This document shows, piece after piece, positions 43,525 through 55,977 of a stretch of 64,000 nt of DNA (its first letter is position 1; each line of letters begins with the position of its first letter). This DNA comes from the human T2T-CHM13v2.0 reference genome, Homo sapiens, in NCBI RefSeq assembly GCF_009914755.1, contig NC_060931.1; one strand, 5' to 3'. A program made the position numbers and the translations under genes. Below the pieces are notes generated by a model. That model was given only the letters and a program-made list of their open reading frames with translations, made no database searches and had not been told where the DNA came from.

Positions 43525-44120
43525 ATTCTGTATTTATTTTTTCCATGTAAAGTATAATTTTATTACCTAGAGTTGTCATGTTGTACGTTAGATTCCTGGA
43601 ACTATACTTTTTCTATTTGGCTTTTTTCACTCAGCAAAATGTCTTCCAGGCTTATCCATGTTGTGGCAAATGGCAAGATCTTATTCATTTTTAGGGCTAA
43701 ATAATATTCCATTGTATATAGGTACCACAGTTTATTCATTTCCTCTGTCGTCTGACACTTAGGTTGTTTCCATATCTTGGCTATTTGAATAATGCTGCAA
43801 TGAACATGAGAGTGTAGATTTCTTTCCAAGGTAGTGATTTCATTTCATCTGGATATATATCTGAAAAAGGGATTGTGGGTCATATAGTAGTTCTAATTTT
43901 AATTTCTTTAAAAATCTCCATACTGTTTTCCATAATGGCTGTACCAATCTATATTTTTCACCAACAACATACGAGAGTTCCCTTTTTTCTACACCCTTGC
44001 CCACATTTGTTATCTCTTGACTTTTTGATAATAGCCATCCTAACGAGTTTGAGATGGTGTGTTATAGTCGTTCTGATTTGCATTTTCCTGATTTTTAATG
44101 ATGTTAAGCAACTTTTCATT
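43525..44120 (-). mobile_element. L1MA/MB 3' region fragment
   Basis: tatccatgttgtggcaaatggcaagat...aataatgctgcaatgaacatg...atagccatcctaac; ORF 43602-43829(-) resembles the ORF2 C-terminus. Confidence 0.85.
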
Positions 44121-44124
44121 ACAC

Positions 44125-44480
44125 CTGAGCATTGGGAAAGAAGTCGAGATACAGCCAGGCAAATACATTCCTTTATCTTTACTTCTTGAATCGACTACTT
44201 CCAGGCACAGTTTCTCCTTGCATGGTGTTCGAAGAAGGGCCCCTCCTAAGTAGCCAGGCCTCTTGGACATGCTGCATTCTCTTCACTCTGTGCCTTGCTC
44301 TTTGTGACGTTAGATAGTGCACAAAGCCTCCTTCCATTGCATTGATTTATATCTTTTCTTTCTTTCCTTGCTTCCCTTTTTCTCATTCTTGCTGCTCTTG
44401 CTTTGCACCTTACAAGTAAAGCGTCATTACTTTAATCTTTGGCTCTGGTTCCATTTTCTGGAGAACTCAAGCTAAAATGT
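44125..44480 (+). mobile_element. LTR33/LTR16-like ERVL LTR fragment
   Basis: 3' end taaagcgtcattactttaatctttggctctggttccattttctggagaactcaagctaaaa. Confidence 0.5.
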
Positions 44481-46319
44481 GTGGGAATTATAATGGCTCT
44501 GTCTTTACAGTGGATTATAGGCTTTTCATAGCACTTAGGGTGTTTCCTGATTTATAGCCCATATTAAGCAAAGTCAAAACTTTTGAATGTCTATGTTTGC
44601 CTTTGAATAGGCAAAAAATTATATAGGGCTAAATGTAATGCATGTATCATGTATAAATGGAATATAAAAAATATATAATTATATAATTTATTTCTAGGTA
44701 TAAAACACACAGAAATACATAATTTATTGATTGTCATTAGTTGTAATGAGGAAACAGTATTCCCTAAGTGGGAAATATAATCAGGTCCTTTATTTCTGTA
44801 TCAAGATTTAATTTCCAATGAGTGGTTCTAGTATATTCCTGAGCTGTCCTCCTGCTGCTCCTAGCACTGTAGAAAGAAACAGGTAGTGACAGCAGTTGCT
44901 CTTTTTTTTTTCCTCTTGATTGAAATCTCATGTAAAGTGTTCTCCTTTTGTATTGGAAATAAGGGCAATTGAGCAACCAACAAGTTATAAACCTATTTTT
45001 CTCCTTAAATACAACTTTGGTGCTTTCAGAATTGTAACTGATGGACCTAACAGACAATAGCAGCTTTCACAAGAATAACTTATTTTTGTGGGAACTCTGG
45101 AGCATAAGAAATCATATGAACTTTTATTTCAAATAAGGTAATTTTTGGGCATAAGGTTAATGGCTGGGAGAGGAGTAATTTTGCGTTGTAGCATTTACAT
45201 TGAACCTAATATGTGGCTACAAGAACACAGTTCTGAACTATACTGTTTCTTTCTCTTTAACTCTTACAAATATTTGCCATTTTAAAGTGAATTGCACTTT
45301 CATCGCCACTGAAAACCAATAAAGACATGGGTATTGATCAACTATAATGGTTGAGCTTGATTGTTGTATTTCATAAGCTTTCCAATAGTAGTGTTTTTAG
45401 AGAAAGCAGTTAAGTTAGCTTTCATTTTCTTTCAGCCTTGAAACTAAAACAGGCCAACAAAAAGATAAATGACATTTGGCAATCAGGATTTCCACGTGTC
45501 AGATTTCAAACTACCACAAGCAACAAGAGCATGGTCTTATTTGGCCATATATGTACTGATATAGATGCACACATATACACATGTACATTTGTTTGTGTAG
45601 AAAACATGACACTTGTCATTTTTATAGAGCTCCCAATAGAGAAAACCAAGTTGGAGGTCCTAAACTAATTGGATCCCTAGGGTTTCCCCAAATCCCTTTC
45701 CTGGTATATTGATAGGTACATTCTTGTTCACTTTCTGAAAATTGAAAACTTGGGTTAGCTTTTTACCTGCTTAGATTTTAAACCTTTTTATGCTGAACTG
45801 AAATGTTGACTTTTATCTTTTAAGAAATAAACTTATTTTGCATGATTATTTTTTCTTAAATTCAGTTACTTGACATGATTTTAACATGACTTTAATTTTT
45901 TCCATTAAAAATTTGCCTAAAAGTCTGCCATTTTTTTTCATTTCCAAAATGGCTATGCACCTCATAGGGGATTATTTCTGTTTAAATACACAATTCAAGT
46001 AAGTGGAGCACATGGGATAGGAATTGAACTATTAAATCTTTAAAACTTATATGTTTTCCATTTTAGAAAGTAAGTCCCATTTCTAAAATAAAATATTATA
46101 TTAAGATATTATATTAAAAGTTTGGAAGTCTACTGTGCTGTAAGGACAATATTCTTTAATACAGCCAAAGAATGATGTGAAAAATGTACTACCTAAAGAA
46201 AGACACAGTTATACAAGGTAAAGACTATCCCCCTTTCCCCTTTTATTACTGGTTACTGCTAGATAAAACCTTAATAAAGGAAATACTTACCCCTCTGAAA
46301 ATGAGATGAATCCCTTAAC

Positions 46320-46432
46320 AAAAAAAAAAGAAAGAGAAAGAAAGAAAAGGAAGGAAGGAAGAAGGAAGGAAGGAAGAAAGGAAGGAAGAGAAAGAAAGGG
46401 ACAGAGAAAGGAAGGAAGGAAGAGAAAAGGAA
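46320..46432. repeat. (A)n/(GAAA)n/(GGAA)n purine-rich microsatellite
   Basis: Nearly pure purine tract on the + strand. Confidence 0.92.
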
Positions 46433-47849
46433 GCTATGCATTATATTTTCCTCCTAGGGCAGAATATCTTGTCCTTTGGTTGTTTTTAGGTAAGGAGCTT
46501 TGAAATCTTGGGTGATGGAGCACTCTGTCCATAAATGATTCTCCTGGCTGTCTTACTCTAGTAAGCTCTTTGGAAAATACTTGAACAAATCATCTTGAGG
46601 TTCACTACCTCCCATGTCACTAAGATAAAAAAAGAAATTAAATATATTTTGATACACAAATACATATCTTAATGTATATCTCATTAGTTACTTAGAAAGT
46701 CTAATATATCTAAAATAGAAGTTACCTATTTAGCAACAATAATTGAGATGAAAAATGTTCTAAGGTGATGTTGGAGCTTCATAATTAGTTCATTTGTTTG
46801 TTATCCAAATATTTGCATGATATTACAGTGCAGAACTAGCAAATTCAGTGATGTCTTTAAGAGGCTGAAGCATAATAGGGTACCATTTTGGATGTCCAAA
46901 GTATGGCATTTATTAATTGCTTACAATTACTGAAATTATCATCAAATTGAGTAATTGAATGTACTTAATTGAAGCTACATCTTGGCAAGCATCTCTTACG
47001 TGTAGTATCGTTTTTACCAATTAAATGGAACCTTCCATGACTGCTTTGCAAATCAATTTTATTAGAAATGATCAAGTAACTTTGATTGTTTTGGCTTGTT
47101 GCTAATGTATTAATAGACTCTGAATCCAAATAATTAATGGAGTTGATTTGGTATGCTTGAAAAAGAGCTCTGATGGTAAACAGCTAGTGACTGAAATATT
47201 TACTTACATTTTAATGGTGGCATCCTTTTTCTACTTATTTTTGCTTTATCAGCTGCTTAAATAATGAAAATATTGGGTAGGATGAGCAAAATTTAATTAA
47301 AAATTTACGTTCTAATGTTTTTAGTATATCTATCAGTTCAGTTATTTCCACTTCTACCATGTTGTATGTGTATCAGCTGCTATAACTGCAAAGAATATGA
47401 AAGCACAATTTAATTGACATAATTCAGACTTCTATGCTACTTGCCTTTGAAACATCCAAGTAGCTAAAGGAAACAGATGTTTTATTATTTGCATTTTTTT
47501 GGTATCTGCCTTGTTTGCTCACTCTCACAGATATTTGGGCAGTAATGAGCTGATGCAAATGGAAAGTGAGTATTACAATTGTACAAAACATTTTTTTTAC
47601 TCTACTTGCAACCTAATATATAACACGTTAAATTAAAAGTCTAACATCAAAATACATGTTACCATTTGAACCATCAGATGTGAATATGTATTATTAAGTT
47701 ATAATGGTTGAAGTAATGATGTAACACAGTACAAGAATAGAAAGTTAAATCAGTGACAATGAATTAAAGGTCTGGGGGAAAAGGCATATATAATAAAAGT
47801 GAGACTATTCAGGAATGATACTCTAATCATTGAGTAATAACTTGATTGA

Positions 47850-48400
47850 ATTTCTACCTTACATGGTAGGCCAAAATAAATTAAATATTTAAATGCAAAA
47901 TTGAAATCAAAGAACTAGAAGAAAATGTAGTTCTATATTATCTGAATTCATATATGAGAAGGGTATGGCACTAAAAAAAGGCATTATAAAGGTAAATTGG
48001 CAGATTTGACAAGTAAAAATGAAAAACTTTTCTAAAAACATTGTAAATGAAATTAAAAATATAAAACAAGTAAGGAAAAATTACCAAAGTAGATAAAAGA
48101 TAAAGATTAAAATGTAATGGACTCATAAACAGCTCCTATAAGTCATTAAGAAAGCCACACTAGAAAGAAAGGCAAAAGATATGAGTATTTGAAAAAAAGA
48201 AAAAAATATAAAAGATCAATGAGCTTAGGTTAAAAAGTCCAGTTTTACCAGTGATCAAAGAAATGCAAATTAACATAATGAAATGACATTGTAGCTTATC
48301 CAATTTACAGGTTTTTTGTGTGTTTTTAAAAATAAATACAAGAATATTTTTCTGGTGGAAATTAAAGTTGGTATAACTTTCCTGGTGGGCAATTAACTTT
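47850..48400 (+). mobile_element. Ancient L1ME fragment
   Basis: aaagaactagaagaaaat...ggcaaaagatatga...atcaaagaaatgcaaattaa. Confidence 0.55.
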
Positions 48401-49827
48401 GCCTTTTAAAAAAACAGGAAATTTACAGTGTTATAAATAGCTCTGGGATCAAAATGCCCAAATTATAGATAGATAAATATTCTTTCCGATATTATTTTAA
48501 ATTGTTTCTCTAGATCCTGATACACAGACACATTGAAAGGTAAAACAAATATTCTTGATGAAAACATGATAAAAACAAATAAATTGAAAGGTAAAACAAG
48601 TATTCTTGATAAATATTCTTCATAAAACCATTTTTGGAACTATTTGCCTAATGTTGATATATTCAGGCAGACATGAAAATGTGTCTTACAGGGACTTGGG
48701 GAGACATAAACAAAAAAGTCTCACTTAATAAACTTTACAAACTAATATATTATGTGTCTCAGTTGTTCAAGTTAGGTAAACATTTTCTAAATAATTTTTT
48801 ATTTTCCTTATCCTCGGGCTGTTGTTCTTCCTGATTCTGTCTGGATTGTTCTTATGTGTCTTATCCTTGGTAAACATCTTTTCATCATTTAATGTCCAGC
48901 GGGTGCATCCTCTTATCTAGGACACATCTTCCCACCCAGGTTGAATTGGCTACCCCCTCTCCTTATACTTTTCAGTTCACCTGTGAGTCTCCTGCTAAAT
49001 GATAAGCTTATAGAAGGCTGGGAGTATGTCAAATTCATCACCCCTGCTCTAGCAACTGAAGATAGCACCTGGCCAAATACATAGTGCTTCAATGAGTTAA
49101 TAAAATAATAATCATATGTCAAGTTCACATCTAGGGATTTTGAAGGCTGTTGGCTGGCTCAGTAGAGTATAAGAAATAATTAGAAGGCAGTTACAAATTA
49201 TCAGTGTTTTCATTTGGTAATTTAACCTAGAATATTGGAAACATCATCAGTCATAAGTTCAGGAGTTTGAATTCATAGTAAAAATTTAAGAAGAGAGGCT
49301 GAATACATGGAAGCACATGATAATGGAGCATATTATGTGGCAGCATAAATGAAGCATGCCAAGACTTAAAGCCAAGAACTGAAGCAAGGGTGGATTTAAA
49401 AGCTGCATTCCAGGAGATCAAAAGTATCTCCAAACAATTGCTTCCTTTAGAGTTCTTTTTTATAAACGAGAGAGTATATTTTTTGTTGTTGTTCTGGTAG
49501 TCATAGGTCTTATTACATTTCTCTAATTACTGAGCTTAATCATGACTTTCTGAGCCTTTTGATTTATACTCCTGTGTTTTTACTAATCACATCTCCAGAT
49601 TTGCCACATTTAATTTGCAGTATTAAATTACAGAAAACTAGCACCATTTCTTAATTAATTCGTTGCTATAAACTATACTAATGGAATCACCTGAATTACA
49701 TCAATGTACCAGATGGATGCCAAATTTGCCAGCCTAATTATGATGTTTTAATTACACTTCACTAGAATTGTCTTAAGATGGGTTCCTAATAATGGGAGGC
49801 AATATTCATTTATTCATTCACACCTGC

Positions 49828-50541
<714 letters not shown>

Positions 50542-50546
50542 CCAGC

Positions 50547-50997
50547 TGACCAACGCAGCCTAAATGTCCCTTCAGCCGAGTAAACTTTAGATAGGCTTCT
50601 TTCTGACTGCAGGCCCTGACTGCCCTTTTCTTAGAGCGTGTACTTTTAACTTGCACTTTTGCAAATCCTTTCTCTACCCCTTTGAATTGTAAAATTTTTA
50701 AGTCTCTTACCAGTGTTAAGACCATAGAATATTTTTCCCAAGGTCTATGGGCCCTTTGCAAGGTGATCAAGGAAGGTCACACCACTGTCTCCCAGTCGTT
50801 GTGAGAGGGAAGGAGCCCAACTTCAGTGAGCACCTTGCTCCAAATTGTAAAGCTACCTCTTGTTACAAAGATACGAAAAAGTCTACTTTTCCACTGGGTA
50901 AAGCCAATTAGCAAATGCAGATGACCTATTGTCTCCCCTTCATCCCTCCCCTCTCATTCTCCCACATCAGCGACTCAGCAATTAAAGATCTGGAGGG

Positions 50998-51028
<31 letters not shown>

Positions 51029-51248
51029 GAGTCTTGCTCTGTTGCCCAGGATGGAGTGTAATGGCGCGATTTTGGCTCACTGCAATCTCTGCCTCACGGG
51101 CTCAAGCGATCCAAAAACCTGGAGCGTTTTTTATGAAAGCCTGCAGTGTTTTTAGTTTCATGCAATAGCCTTGAATGAAGTTTTCTTTACCTGTTTAATT
51201 TTTTTTGCATTGACATTGCATTAAAATGGTGCAATTTCTGCTTTGACA
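50547..51248 (+). mobile_element. ERV1 solo LTR (MER67/MER31-group, tentative) containing a truncated Alu
   Basis: tgacc...taaactttagataggcttc...tggtgcaatttctgctttgaca; homologous to 55452-55977 on the opposite strand. Confidence 0.7.
50998..51110 (-). mobile_element. 5'-truncated Alu (about 85 bp plus tail)
   Basis: Poly(T) then ggagtcttgctctgttgcccagg...ctcaagcgat; degenerate TSD aaagatctggaggg / aaaaacctggagcg. Confidence 0.88.
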
Positions 51249-51539
51249 TTGCAGAAATCCATAAATGTTAATTCTACTAATACTAACTGTGTTAGTGGTA
51301 ATAACACTTATTTTACACTTTCGTCTCTTAAGGTGCTCTACTATGCAGCTACTTTAAATTGCCTAGGCTTCAGGGGTACTGAGACTTTGCTTTAGGACTG
51401 CCAGACACATTTTTAAATGGTTGAGAAGCACCCCTCAGTCAATTCTTGCTTAATATTTATCTACGTAGTTATCATTTTTTAACTCATCTTTTGTTTCTCT
51501 TTCATCTTTCACCTTTAGCATGTTCCTTCCATCTAAAGG

Positions 51540-52100
51540 ACAAGAGGGTTTGTTGGTAGTGTTCAGATTCAGTTTCTTTCTTTTTGTCTGAAAATGGCTT
51601 TATTTCACCCTCATTCTGAAAAGATTATTCTGCTGTGTATACAGAATTTTATGCCAGTAGTTATTTTTCTCTTGGCCTATTGTGATGTTGTTGCACTGTC
51701 TTTAGTTTCCACTATTCCTATTGATCAGTCTGTTATCATGCTAATTGCAGCTCATTTACAGGGGTATTGTATTTTCTCTCTGATTGCTTTTAAAATTGTT
51801 TTGTGATTTTCAGCTTCCCTAGGATGTGCCTAGGTGTGGATTTTTAGAAATTGTTATTTATTCTGCTTGGGATTCATTGGACTTCCTGAGTTTGAGAATT
51901 GATAGAATTCAGTAATTCTGAAAAATGCTGAACCATTTTCTCTTTATATACTGTATTGTCATCATCTAGTCTATTATATGCTTCTAGAAAGTTGATTAAA
52001 TATGTTAGAGATTTTCACTTTATCTTCATTATTATCAATTCCTCTTTTATGGTTTGCTCTCTTTTATGTCTTTGGTATAGGCTATAGATTGCTTTCCTTG
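51540..52100 (-). mobile_element. Ancient L1M fragment
   Basis: tttgtctgaaaatggctttatttcaccctcattctgaaagat...ggatgtgcctaggtgtggattt...ttctgcttgggattcattg. Confidence 0.6.
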
Positions 52101-52409
52101 GGACTGTATTAGTCAGGGTCCAGTCAAGAAAACAAAACCCCCATTGGGTGATTCTACTGATGGAATTAGTTGAAAAGGTATTAGAAGAGCTAAAAGATAA
52201 CCTAGGAAAAGTAAGGCAAATAATTCAGGCAATAAAAAATTCACACTATCAAATTGTGTGAGGTTGACTTGTAGTTACAAATACTCAGGGGAAATTAATT
52301 TTTCTCTCCATCCAGTTTAAGATTTGAGGCTGATAATTTTCTTTATAGTCCCCTTCTCAGTGGAGAGTTTTTCATTCCCCCTACACAGAGTATGTAGCCC
52401 ATAGGATGG

Positions 52410-52745
52410 ATATCAATCAATTATTAACACAATAATGCAATAATACATAAGAAGTCACCCAAAACTCAGTGGCTAGGAATGACAATTATTTTCTCTTCTC
52501 CATCTGTAGATGTGAATTGGGTAATCAAGGCTGTATATGGCTGGGTTGGCTCCCAGCTGCAAGTCTCTTATCCCGTGCTACCAGCAAGGCCCGAAACTTA
52601 CTCTTCTCATGGCAGTGGTAGAAGTAAAGGAGAGCTTGTCACACTGTGCAAGAAGCAGTCAAACCTTTGCTTTCTTCTTATCCTCTAACATCCTGTTGGC
52701 TGAAGTGAGTCACTTGGCCAAGCCTGATGTCAATGGGGTCGTGAC
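52410..52745 (-). mobile_element. Old MLT1 (J/K-type) LTR fragment
   Basis: cacccaaaactcagtggct...aacatcctgttggctgaagtgagtcacttggccaagcc. Confidence 0.55.
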
Positions 52746-53557
52746 TATTTGTTAAAGAATAGCCCTAACTATCACCAAGGATTCAGCTTATCCAAGAGAT
52801 GTCTATTACATTTTCTAACTTGGGTAAATTTTATGTTTTATTATTTTTTCATCTACTCTGAGCCTTGTATAGCCATTGAAGTGCAAAATCTCTGGGATTC
52901 AGCAGAAACCCTCAAAAACCTAACTGACTTTCCAAGATCCTGTTTTTATTTAATATTTGGCTTCATTGGATTCCTTATCTCATGTCAGCTAAATGATATA
53001 CTTAAAAATATTTTCAATGATTTTTAATTAACCTTCTATATGTTTGCATCAGGAGGATCATTCAGGCTACAAGGTCTACCTTATGGAAGGATATAGAAGT
53101 CAGGCTTCCTTTTTATAGAACCATCATCTTCATCTTCATCTCGATTACTTTCTTTTTCTAAATCCAGTTGGGTAGCTGGGATGACACTTTTTTATTTGTA
53201 CCTTGGGAATTAAATAGGTTTTGTTTGGCTCACAGACTTCTTAAAACATATGAGCAGTGAGAGAGAAGAATAGTAAAGTACAACTCATAAATTCTCAGTT
53301 CCAGTAGCTGAGTGGTTATAGTCACTCAAAATTCAACAGATAATGTAGGAGGATGAATAACTTCTGATTGAGAAGAGTTAATAGAAACATTTAGAAATGC
53401 TGAATTTCCATCCTCCAAATGGTTGTTAGGTATGACAACCTCAAATTTGGAAGAGATTTAGCTTGGCAAATTTGGAATCAAGATAGTGGATGTAATCAGC
53501 TAGAGAATGGATATAGAGCTGTGAATGAGGATCTGTGCGGTAGTCCTTGAGAGCACT

Positions 53558-53890
53558 GTATTAGTAAAAGTAGGAAAGGCTGTGTGACATTAAGAAATGA
53601 TCCCTTAAATTGAAGCCTGAAATTTAGCAAAGTCTTCGTTGATTGGTGGGTGCTGTCCTCCAGTTGGTGACTCTGGGATCCAGACTTCTTCCACCTTGTG
53701 GCACTGTCACTTCACAGGTGGCTCCCAAGTCACTATACAAAAAAAGATAAATATAGAGGAGATCCATCAGATTTTAATGGCCTCATCCTGGAAGTGATTA
53801 ATATCACTTATATTTATATTAATATTGGTGAAAAAGTCACTTGGCCCCATTCTCATTACCTAGTAAAATGTTCTGGGGATTATAGGGGAG
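53558..53890 (-). mobile_element. Old MLT1 (H/I/J-type) LTR fragment
   Basis: tgtattagt...ggatccagacttcttccaccttgtggc...tcctggaagtgat...agtcacttggcccc. Confidence 0.5.
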
Positions 53891-53919
53891 GCCTTATTAT
53901 ATTTAATGAGCACTGTCTC

Positions 53920-54175
53920 TGTGCAAAGGATGGGCTCTGGAGTCAGAGTGTCAGGGTCTAAATATTGGTTGCACCATGTATTTGCTGCATGATCTTGGAC
54001 AAATAACTTAACCATAGTGTACTTCGGGCCCCCAACTCCCGGAAGATGGGACAAATAATAGCACTTATGTTCTTGAGGTCTTATGAAATATAAATTAGTT
54101 GATATGGCTAAATATCTCAGAACAGTGTGTGGCAAATAGCAAGTACCGATAATGCTATTGCTATTATTATCCTTC
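53920..54175 (+). mobile_element. MIR
   Basis: ggctctggagtcaga...tgatcttggacaaataacttaacc...ctcagaacagtgtgtggcaaatag. Confidence 0.75.
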
Positions 54176-55451
54176 TTGTATTATTATTATCATTGTATTA
54201 TTATTAAAGTAGTGAGCAAAGAGATAAACTGTTAGGAGAATTCTCACAAGTAAAAATGATAGCTGAGAGAAAAAATAACTGTCCGCAGAGAATTCTAGAG
54301 AGTTCCCTTTCTTTAACATCTAGATGTCATGTTTCCCAGAATCAGATCACTTTGGAATCATTATTAAACTCTTTGTGGACTTTGGCTGGTGACTACTATC
54401 ACCAGCTATCAAATTTATCTAGTGAAAATATTTATTCCATGTTTTCTTGTTGCCTCAGATTTAGAGATTATGTGAAGCAGCTTCGTGAGTAAAATCCCGA
54501 CTTCTGTTCCCTGTATCCTTGGGCACTGCCAGAAATTACACAATGGCAGGGAGCTCTAATCACACTGTCTTCTGTGTAAGGAGCCTCTGGAGTTGTACAA
54601 TGTAGTAGTGATGCCTCTGGGTCTACTCTGGACAAAGATGGGTGAACTTGCATACAGTTTGGAAATTACTTTTTAAAGAGTTAAAGAGAAAACCAACTCT
54701 GCCACTGGATTACTTGTTTCTAAAGCACAAAATAAGGAGAATGAGAATATTTAATCTATCACGGCACTTTGAACTTAATTCTCAACCTAAGTCTCACAAG
54801 GAGAGCATGACTTACTGAGACTCCATTATACTCTTTCTAGAATCACCTTCCCTACACTTTATTCTGGGGCTAGGCCCTTGGCCTTTATTAGTGGTCATTA
54901 AAAGAAATAACCATAAAAATATGTTACAGCATTTGCTATAAATGCAAATGTATCAATAATGTTGAAAATATTTTCTATTACATCTGTCTCTTTCCTCTAT
55001 ATAAAATTCTACAAGACCACGTCTTTTAGAAGTTAGTTAAGAAAAGTTGCCTTGAGGAACTCTTTTTCCTTCTTTTTCTGGCTGTCAGGAAGTTCAGAAC
55101 CAAAATGTGATCATAGCACCTATGTTGTCTCTTCTGGGATTTATATTTGTATGATTATTTTCTTCTGTCCTAATTTTTACCTAGTTGTATGATTTTACTG
55201 AATTTAAACCGGCTTGAGTCCTCTGTAGAAAAATATAGGAAACAAATTATTATTTTCTTGGTCCTGGGCTTCATAAACATTTTAATAGTTCTATTAGCAT
55301 CCTGTTTAATTTTAGACTTGTTCTGATATCTCATGATAGCCTTAAATCTGGTTTTGATATCTTCTTTTTTTATACTTAAAATCTACCAGAAGATTGGCCT
55401 GGCAAAACCTGGAGTATACTAATGCTATAGAATAGCACATCCATAAACACT

Positions 55452-55977
55452 TGTCAAAGCAAAAATTGTGCAAGACAAAGTTAAACCAGTGAGGAAGACT
55501 TTATTCAAAGCTATTGCAATGAAATACACTAGAATTCAGTCTGAGCTCAACTGCACTAACACAAGGGGCAGAAGAGTTTCTAAGAGTTGAGCTAGGGCAT
55601 CTGTGTTTGCCAACCAGCTTTACCCACAGGAAAAGTAATCTTCACAACAAGAGGTAGCTTTACAACTTGGAGCAAGGCATCCACCAAAGTTAGTCATCCA
55701 CCCTCCCACAGAAACTAAGGGATAGGATAGGGCACTATTTTCTTTGATGTTTACATTTCAAAGAGATGGCTCTTACGTATCTGAGAAAGACATTTTTTTG
55801 TGTCTTAAAACTGGCAAGAAGCTTTTTAAAAAAATTACATCTTAAAGGGGTAGCGAAAGAATTTACATTTTCTAAAGTAAACACTGTGAAAAAAGGGAGG
55901 GCAAGTGCCTAGAGTCTGGAAGAAGTTTAGACTAAAGTTTAGTCAATCTGAGGGGAACATGAAAGCCCTTTCAGTCA
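55452..55977 (-). mobile_element. ERV1 solo LTR (MER67/MER31-group, tentative)
   Basis: TG...CA ends tgtcaaagc...ttcagtca; near TSD cact/cacc; homologous to 50547-51248. Confidence 0.72.

Noticed and set aside
46306-46503. Lys/Arg/Glu-rich 65-aa ORF
   Set aside because: Translation of the GGAA/GAAA microsatellite
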